NCBI GenBank assembly: GCA_002269645.1
Contig: NIVC01004554.1
Coordinates: 1 to 42,183, forward strand
Direction: 5' to 3'
DNA: 42,183 nucleotides
Source: Macrostomum lignano
Lineage: Eukaryota
Part shown: positions 35,521 to 42,183 of the stretch, in pieces
Position numbering within the stretch: the first letter of the stretch is position 1
How the letters are laid out: each line of letters opens with the position of its first letter
Notes under the pieces: generated by a model
What the model saw: only the letters and a program-made list of their open reading frames with translations
What the model was told of the DNA's origin: nothing
Database searches by the model: none
Position numbers and translations under genes: made by a program

Positions 35521-36876
35521 AGTCAGTTAAGACGCTCGCAAGCTTTGCTAAGAAACTGTTAGTTTCTTTTCTACTTCTGGTATCCAACTTTGGTATTTCA
35601 TCGCTTCCCTGGCCTGCGTGTCACGGTCGGGTTCTACTAGCTCGTTCCTTCTATTCGATTCTTCCGTAGCGCAGCGTTCGCAGTTTTCCTCTCGCTATTT
35701 TTATTCCCAAGACTTCCCCGGAAGGTGCACCACCTCGACCCTCCCTCGGGGGTCGCCGGCATGATCTATGCGTGCACCCGTATCATCCCCCTCGCGCTCT
35801 GTTGGGCGCTGCTTAATTGCGGCGGCGCATCAAAGCTTATTAATAATTAAAACCAGCACAAGCCTCGAGCGAATCGGGACACTGCGCTGCCAGTAGTTAT
35901 TTATTATTGTTATCCTCAGGGCGAATTTGGTACGGACTGTTACAGAACTGTTACAACGCGGTTCGGCCGCTGTTCCAAACCATCAAATTGTGCTGCAGCA
36001 TTGCGGCTCCACCCGACCCTCGTGGCGGCATTCGCTTTCGCATTCCATTCTCTGCTGCTTTCCAACTTTGCTGCTTCCAGTCTGGCAATGCAACACCCTG
36101 CTTGCCAGGCAGAATTCCTGGTTAACACAGCAACTGTAATTGGCGGCAGACGTGTGTTAGTGCATGGCTCGTCTGACAATATCAAGCGCTGATTGAGGTC
36201 ACTACTAGCCCGCAGTCAGCCGGGCCTGTTGAGGTGGGCCGATTCCGAACAGTGCATTTGTGATTGATTTATGGCGCCCCGCAACGCGGACCGGTGCGAA
36301 GACTGAGCGGATGGAATTCGCGTTTTATCGGCTGCCAAATCTGCTTCGTGTCGGGGCTTCGGGAGGCCTCTCCCGGGAGTGGATTTGGCGTAAATCCTGG
36401 CAAATTGCCGGACGGAAAGTGAAAATAAGGGTCCTATCTTAAGTACAAGATGAACCTTCGACTATGTTATCCACATTCAAAAAGGTTTCTTTACCAAGCG
36501 TCGTTATCAATTCTGGGAAATTTTCTAGGAAATCAGTGCACTGTAACACTGATTAGTACCAAAGTTCAGCGCGCACAGTTGAGTCAGACGCCATGACTAA
36601 GGCGCATCATTCCTAGCTGATCCCTGCAATACGGGCAAAATGAAATTCGTTACGAACTTGTGAGGGATCTGCCAGACAGCTCCTTTGCTCCTGACCACGG
36701 GGGCCTGCCTGCTACAACTGTTTCCCCCCCCCCACGTCTCTCCCGCTTGATCCGGGCATTCCTGCTTGGATCCCCTAACACTTTACCCCCTGAGTGACAG
36801 CTCGTCGGAACCCGCCTCCCGCCTTGGCGTTGCAGCAAAGTTTCTAATCTACCGTTTAATCCGTTCAACCCGACAG

Positions 36877-37023
36877 GAGTCTGCCAGGAGGCCACCGAGT
36901 TCGAGTGCGGCGAGGGGCAGTGCATCGACTCCCGGTTGGTGTGCAACTCTCACATCAACTGCCCCGACGGCAGGGACGAGGCCAACTGCGCCGAGAAGAC
37001 CGGCCACGGACACGGCGCTCCGG
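36877..37023 (+). CDS. Neto: Neto-like gene, LDL-receptor class A exon
   Basis: VCQEATEFECGEGQCIDSRLVCNSHINCPDGRDEANC (six Cys, DxxDE motif); ACAG acceptor; GTGAGT donor at 37024; phase 1/1. Confidence 0.95.
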
Positions 37024-37599
37024 GTGAGTCCAGAGCATCCCGCCTATCTGAGCAATTACAGAGCCCCAACGTCTTCTATAAAACCAGCTGGCTACATCTA
37101 GGATTTTAGAGCCAGTTGCTATCTGTCTGCTTCTGTGCAGGCAGTAGAAAACATCCGCTGCTGCGTAGCTGCTTCTGTCAGGTTTTTTTCCCCGTCGCTA
37201 GCCGCGGGGAGGCGAGAGACAGACAAAACAGGAGAAGAAAGCCAGATTCTGTCCTGCTTCTAAAAGAAGAGAGAAAAGGCCGGGGGCGCGGGTCCGTCAA
37301 TCAAGATAAGGCGAAAGTTTACCCGGGTCGGCCGCCCTCCACTCCATCTTATCCGATGTTCCGGTATCCGTGCCGTGGGTTTTAGCAGGTAAAGCTGGCT
37401 GGCTCAGGGTACTCAGGACTTCGGCATTACGCACCGATGAAAGGCGGCACTGCGGGCGGCCCGGCACTGCCAGCAACTGCAGTTTGCGCAAGAGCCACTT
37501 TCGCTTGACTGCGGCCAGAATCTGTGCGACAGTTTTGTGTCCTTCACCGGGTGCAACATTCCGAACTTAGTGAATGTTTTTAGCCTTGATCAGTAATCT

Positions 37600-37900
37600 T
37601 TTGCTTTTTTATTGTTGTCCAGCGGGCCAAATATCGAGAGAGATGGTAAAGTAAATGCAGATGTGCACCCTGTGTGAGTCTGTGTGATGTGCTTGTGCGT
37701 GCATTACTGACTTTCCTGACTTTCTAATCGTCACACATGTACACTCTTTGTGCCTTGGAGTTGGCCTTCATGGGTGTGAAGCACATACAACCATCTCGGC
37801 CAATTCGGTGCACAAGTCCGAGATGAAAGTGGCCGCGCACGGAATCGAACCAGGGGTCAGTCAGCGATAGTCAGACGCGTTTGCCGCTGAGCTGCTCTGC
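37600..37900 (-). mobile_element. tRNA-derived SINE, family 2 (older, diverged)
   Basis: Minus-strand GCAGCTCAGCGG (A box) ... GGTTCGATTCC (B box); central block similar to family 1; AATAAAAAAG tail. No TSD found. Confidence 0.7.
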
Positions 37901-37902
37901 GG

Positions 37903-38175
37903 GTGATGATGCTGGTGATGATGCTGGTGATGATGCTGGTGATGATGCTGGTGATGATGCTGGTGATGATGCTGGTGATGATGCTGGTGATGATGCTGAG
38001 AATGATGTTGGTGATAATGTTGGTGATGATGCTGGTGATGATGCTGGTGATGATGCTGTTGATGATGCTGAGAATGATGTTGGTGATGATGCTGGTGATG
38101 ATGCTGGTGATGATGCTGGTGATGATGCTGGTGATGATGCTGAGAATGATGTTGGTGATGATGTTGAACATGATG
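37903..38175. repeat. 12-bp (GATGATGCTGGT)n repeat
   Basis: Direct inspection; source of the M/L/V-rich, D/A/G-rich and I/T/S-rich ORFs. Confidence 0.96.
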
Positions 38176-38334
38176 CTTAACTAAGATCTAATTACTATCT
38201 TAATACTTAGGTACCGTGTTTTTACGACAATGCGGAGATTGAGCAGCGTTATGACATTTCATTGGTTATGACCACTGTATTGATTGAGAGCAGTTCCATG
38301 AGATGACAATGATGGCTCGCAAATTTCCCCGCAG

Positions 38335-39514
38335 GCGGAGTCGGCGGCGCTGGCATCCCGGAAAGCACAGTGAAGACCACCAGCGACAGGAAAAGCGACG
38401 AAATGTCCTACCACCCCATCATCCTGGGCTCCATCGGCGCCGGCTTTCTCATCCTCACCATGGCCTGCTGCTGCGTCACCTTCAAGCAGCGTCTCAAGGA
38501 GCGTCGCGCGAACCATTGCTCGGCTGAGCCGGCCGATGCGGCAACGGCGACAGCAGCCAGCGCCGGCCTGTCCCGGGAGCCCTCAGTGCGAGCCGCCACC
38601 GCGGGCGGCCCGGACTCGCCGATGCTGCCGCACCTGACCAGCCTGCACCAGACTGACGGCTTCGGGCCCTACGGCAAGCAGAACGGAGCGGCGCCGCTCA
38701 GCGTCCACCAGCTGCAGCACCAGGCAATGCCGCAGCCGCAGCCGCAGCCGCCACAGGTGACGCCGTCCCGAGTGCGCGTGGGGAAATTTCTGGATCCGAT
38801 CGGCGGCAGCTGCGAGCAGGACTCTCCAATCGTAGAAATCTTCAGCGGCGCGCCCGACTGCCCCAGCCAGCAGCGGCAGCAGCCGCAGTTCGGCTATCGA
38901 ACTCCGCCGCCAGCAGCGGCCCGGCGGCTGGCCGGCGGCTTCTCTAAGCAGGAGTCCTCGGACACGGCCGCCTCCTCGTCTGGCGGCGCGGGAAGCAGCA
39001 GCTTCGCGGTGCACCCGCACTCGACCCACACGTTGCCTCCGCCGCCACCGCCGCCTCCAACGCCTCCACCGCCCCCGATGCCGCTGACGCCCGGCTGCGA
39101 GCTTCGGGCTGGCGGCAGCGGCGGCGGCAGGCGCGGCGTTGTTGGCGACCCCCGGCTGGTGCCGTCCCGGTCGATTCCCGGACACCTGGGCGAGTCGAGT
39201 GTCGACTTTGATGAGAGCGAATCAGCGGACGAGAACTCGGCCGCAGCTGCTGCTCCCGGCCAGCGCCACCCCCGCTACTGGCTCACGAAGCAGCGGTCAC
39301 AGCCGGGCACTGGGAATATCAGCTTCATCACATGCCTCATCAGTATCAGCATCATCATCAGCAGCAGCAACAGCAGTTTGAGATGATGCAGCCTCATAGC
39401 CAGTTTCACTATCAGCAGCAGCAGCAGCAGCAGCCACAGCAGATGATGATCATCCGAAGGACGCCCCCTTCAGGCGGTCAGCAGCGCAAGACCAAGATGG
39501 TGTTCCAGGCGTGA
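38335..39514 (+). CDS. Neto: Neto-like gene, last exon: TM helix and low-complexity cytoplasmic tail (stop at 39386 as written, or 39514 if a 1-nt frameshift near 39259 is corrected)
   Basis: TTTCCCCGCAG acceptor, phase 1; TM PIILGSIGAGFLILTMACCCVTF followed by KQRLKERR; Pro/Gln/Ala-rich tail. Confidence 0.85.
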
Positions 39515-40619
39515 TGTCTGCCTCTGTCTCAGTCTCTCTTCTGACTTCAGCGAACAGAAACGAATGCTTCCAAAGTTCACGGGCAGACCTCTCTCTCCTC
39601 TCGTTGCAATAGATTTGTTGCAGCGTCTGAAACCGCTTCATCGCCCAGACTCCCATGTTGGAAAAGTAGGAAAATCTTACACAATTATCGCAAAGTCAGG
39701 GCAACCCCGTTTGACCCCCCCCCTCTCGTTTCAGTCAGTCACTCACGCGTGAAAACGGTTGCTTTTGTTAGGAACAAAGAGAATTCAATGCTTGACACGG
39801 GGTGGCTTTGCAGACTTTCATACGTCTGTCAAACTTTGCGGTTCGTTCATTTTTCATTGTTTCATTTGCCCGTCTGTCTCTGTTGAAGTATCCCATGCGC
39901 ATTGCAAAGCCACCCAACCCTCTTGCCACTTGACACAGTGATCGATAATTTCACCCTTGTTGACTTGGAAAATCTCTGAGCACTTTGTTGCTATCTAGCT
40001 GCTGCTGTCTTGAGGAATTTTCTAAGAAAGCACTGAGTAGGCCTTAGTGCAGCTAACTGACCAAAGAACTGAGCGCTGGCTAGTTTCAGCTCATACTAGT
40101 AGTTGTCATAAATCACAGGGCATGACTTACTAGTCTCCCCCGTGTCCACCCCTATCTGTCAGTCTCTGCATGCTATTAAACTAAAGTCTTCTGAACTCAT
40201 AAACAGTACGCAATGGAGCTGCTTGTACTTGTGGCCTTAATGCAAGCAGTGTTTTATATTAAAAATGCAGGTTTCCATGCGCCCGAAGACCCAACCAGCT
40301 TGGATAGTAGTATATTTAGAATTTGTTTCTCCGTGAAATACTCACTAATCATTGCTGTTACCCCCCCCCGAGTTTATCTGATTAAAACAAAACAAAACTT
40401 GCTTGAGGACTTGACAGTAAAATTTTCTTATTTGTTAATCATCTAACTTTGACAATTTGCTCTGATTTTACCATATCAGTAAGGGCTGCGCCTGACAATA
40501 GTTAATGCCTAATAAACTGATGACAGACCTGTCCAGTGAAAAGAGAATTAAATAACTCGTACTACTACAGTTTGTGATTAATTTTTTTAACTGAAAACTT
40601 CGAATTGTCGAAAGGTCAG

Positions 40620-41147
40620 TGCCGTGTAGTTTGCTAACAGGTGACACCTACAACTGAAGCCAAGGACTATTGCTAACAGGTGACACAACTGAAGCCAAGG
40701 ACTATTGCTAACAGGTGACACCCGAAACTGAAGCCAAGGACTATTGCGACACCCGAACTGAAGCCAAGGACTATTGCTAACAGGCGACACACAACTGAAG
40801 CCAAGGACTATTGCTAACAGGCGACACCCGAAACTGAAGCCAAGGACTATTACTAACAGGTGACACCCAAAGCTGAAGCCAAGGACTATTGCTAACAGGT
40901 GACACCCAAAGCTGAAGCCAAGGACTATTGCTAACAGGTGACACCCAAAGCTGAAGCCAAGGACTATTGCGACACCCGAAACTGAAGCCAAGGACTATTG
41001 CTAACAGGTGACACCCGAAACTGAAGCCAAGGACTATTGCTAACAGGCGACACCCGAAACTGAAGCCAAGGACTATTGCAAACAGGTGACACTACTGAAG
41101 CCAAGGACTATTGCTAACAGGTGACACCCAAAACTGAAGCCAAGGAC
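40620..41147. repeat. ~37-40-bp minisatellite with internal deletion variants
   Basis: Unit GCCAAGGACTATTGCTAACAGGTGACACCCGAAACTGAA. Confidence 0.95.
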
Positions 41148-41827
41148 TAATTTTCCAAGGTCCCCAAGGAAAATTAAATACATTTTTAGAACTGTCTCCA
41201 ATAACAGCAACAAGTGAAACTTTGAGCATTTCCTGAAGGTTTCTGGCCCGCTTCTCCGGGCAATCGGGAACTGGGAAATTCGCACAGCCACTTGTCCCCG
41301 CGTGCCCTCCTCGCCATCATGTTTATTGCGGTTTATTTTCGCAAAAAAGGTGAAGACAGGTGCAGCTGAAATATGGGGCTTAGCAAAGAGGTTGGTGGAG
41401 GGCGCGTTTGTCATGTCAATCAGCAAGGCTTTGACTCTGCTGCCACCTACAAGTGATGCGTGTACTTCTCTTGTTTTCTTATTTGACCGGGGAGGGCCGG
41501 CCGGGAACTTCCTTGTCTGACGCGAGGCACTTGATAAGCCGGCCTCTCGCATCCCAGAGGCCGGTGGTTTATTCTGTAAACTAGGCAAAACTCTGCTTTG
41601 GCTTCGAGCGCATCAACAGACAGCAGGTGTGAAACTGCCTGCTTCTCGAGACGCAGCCTCCGAAGCTTCATCGATTGAAAACGCATCTTCAGACAGGCTG
41701 AAAATCAACTTTTTTATTCCCATATTGGAAGCGCTTCGCTAATATTGAGTAGATAAACTTATTCTGCTACTTGCAGTAAAGTAAGCAGCATTCTTATTGA
41801 TCAAAGCTATTATAATTATAGAACTAA

Positions 41828-41828
41828 C

Positions 41829-41912
<84 letters not shown>

Positions 41913-42183
41913 GTTGTTGTTGTTGTTTTGTTGCTATTGTTGTTGTTGTTGATGTTGTTAGTATTGTTTGTTGTTGTTGTTGCTGTGTGTGTCCTCGGCC
42001 CGGAACCATCAGGCGATCCACTGCGGGTGGCCGCCCTTAGGAACCTCACCACCATGTTCTCCTTCCTGAGGTCTTCCAACTCCGTCAAACCACCGTCTGT
42101 TGCTGGTATTGTTGTTATTGTTGTTGCTGTTTGTTGTTTTATGTTGTTGTTATTAATCTTATTGTTGTTGTTGTTGTTGCTGC
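41828..42183. repeat. (TTG)n microsatellite in two blocks flanking a ~120-bp unique island
   Basis: TTG runs at ~41828-41985 and ~42106-42183. Confidence 0.95.

Overview
Repeat-rich, intron-containing animal genomic DNA, not prokaryotic. The style resembles a minisatellite-rich invertebrate such as the flatworm Macrostomum, but that is inference only. From left to right: (1) a four-layer transposon nest at 1766-5161: a decayed mariner containing a foldback element, whose right arm carries a tRNA-derived SINE and a second, nearly intact mariner with unusual DD35D spacing; (2) a 3.6-kb uninterrupted ORF for a five-Tudor-domain protein with recent internal duplications; (3) a 5'-truncated LINE with TSD; (4) two tandem minus-strand G-protein gamma genes, one apparently with its ATG split by an intron; (5) a plus-strand Neto-like gene (signal peptide-CUB-CUB-LDLa-TM-tail) with 8 predicted coding exons across about 23813-39514, including a triplicated splice acceptor with in-frame stops and two single-base frameshifts. 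About a quarter of the window is unrelated mini- and microsatellite arrays, and these explain most long ORFs in the ORF track. All splice models were read by eye and need transcript evidence.
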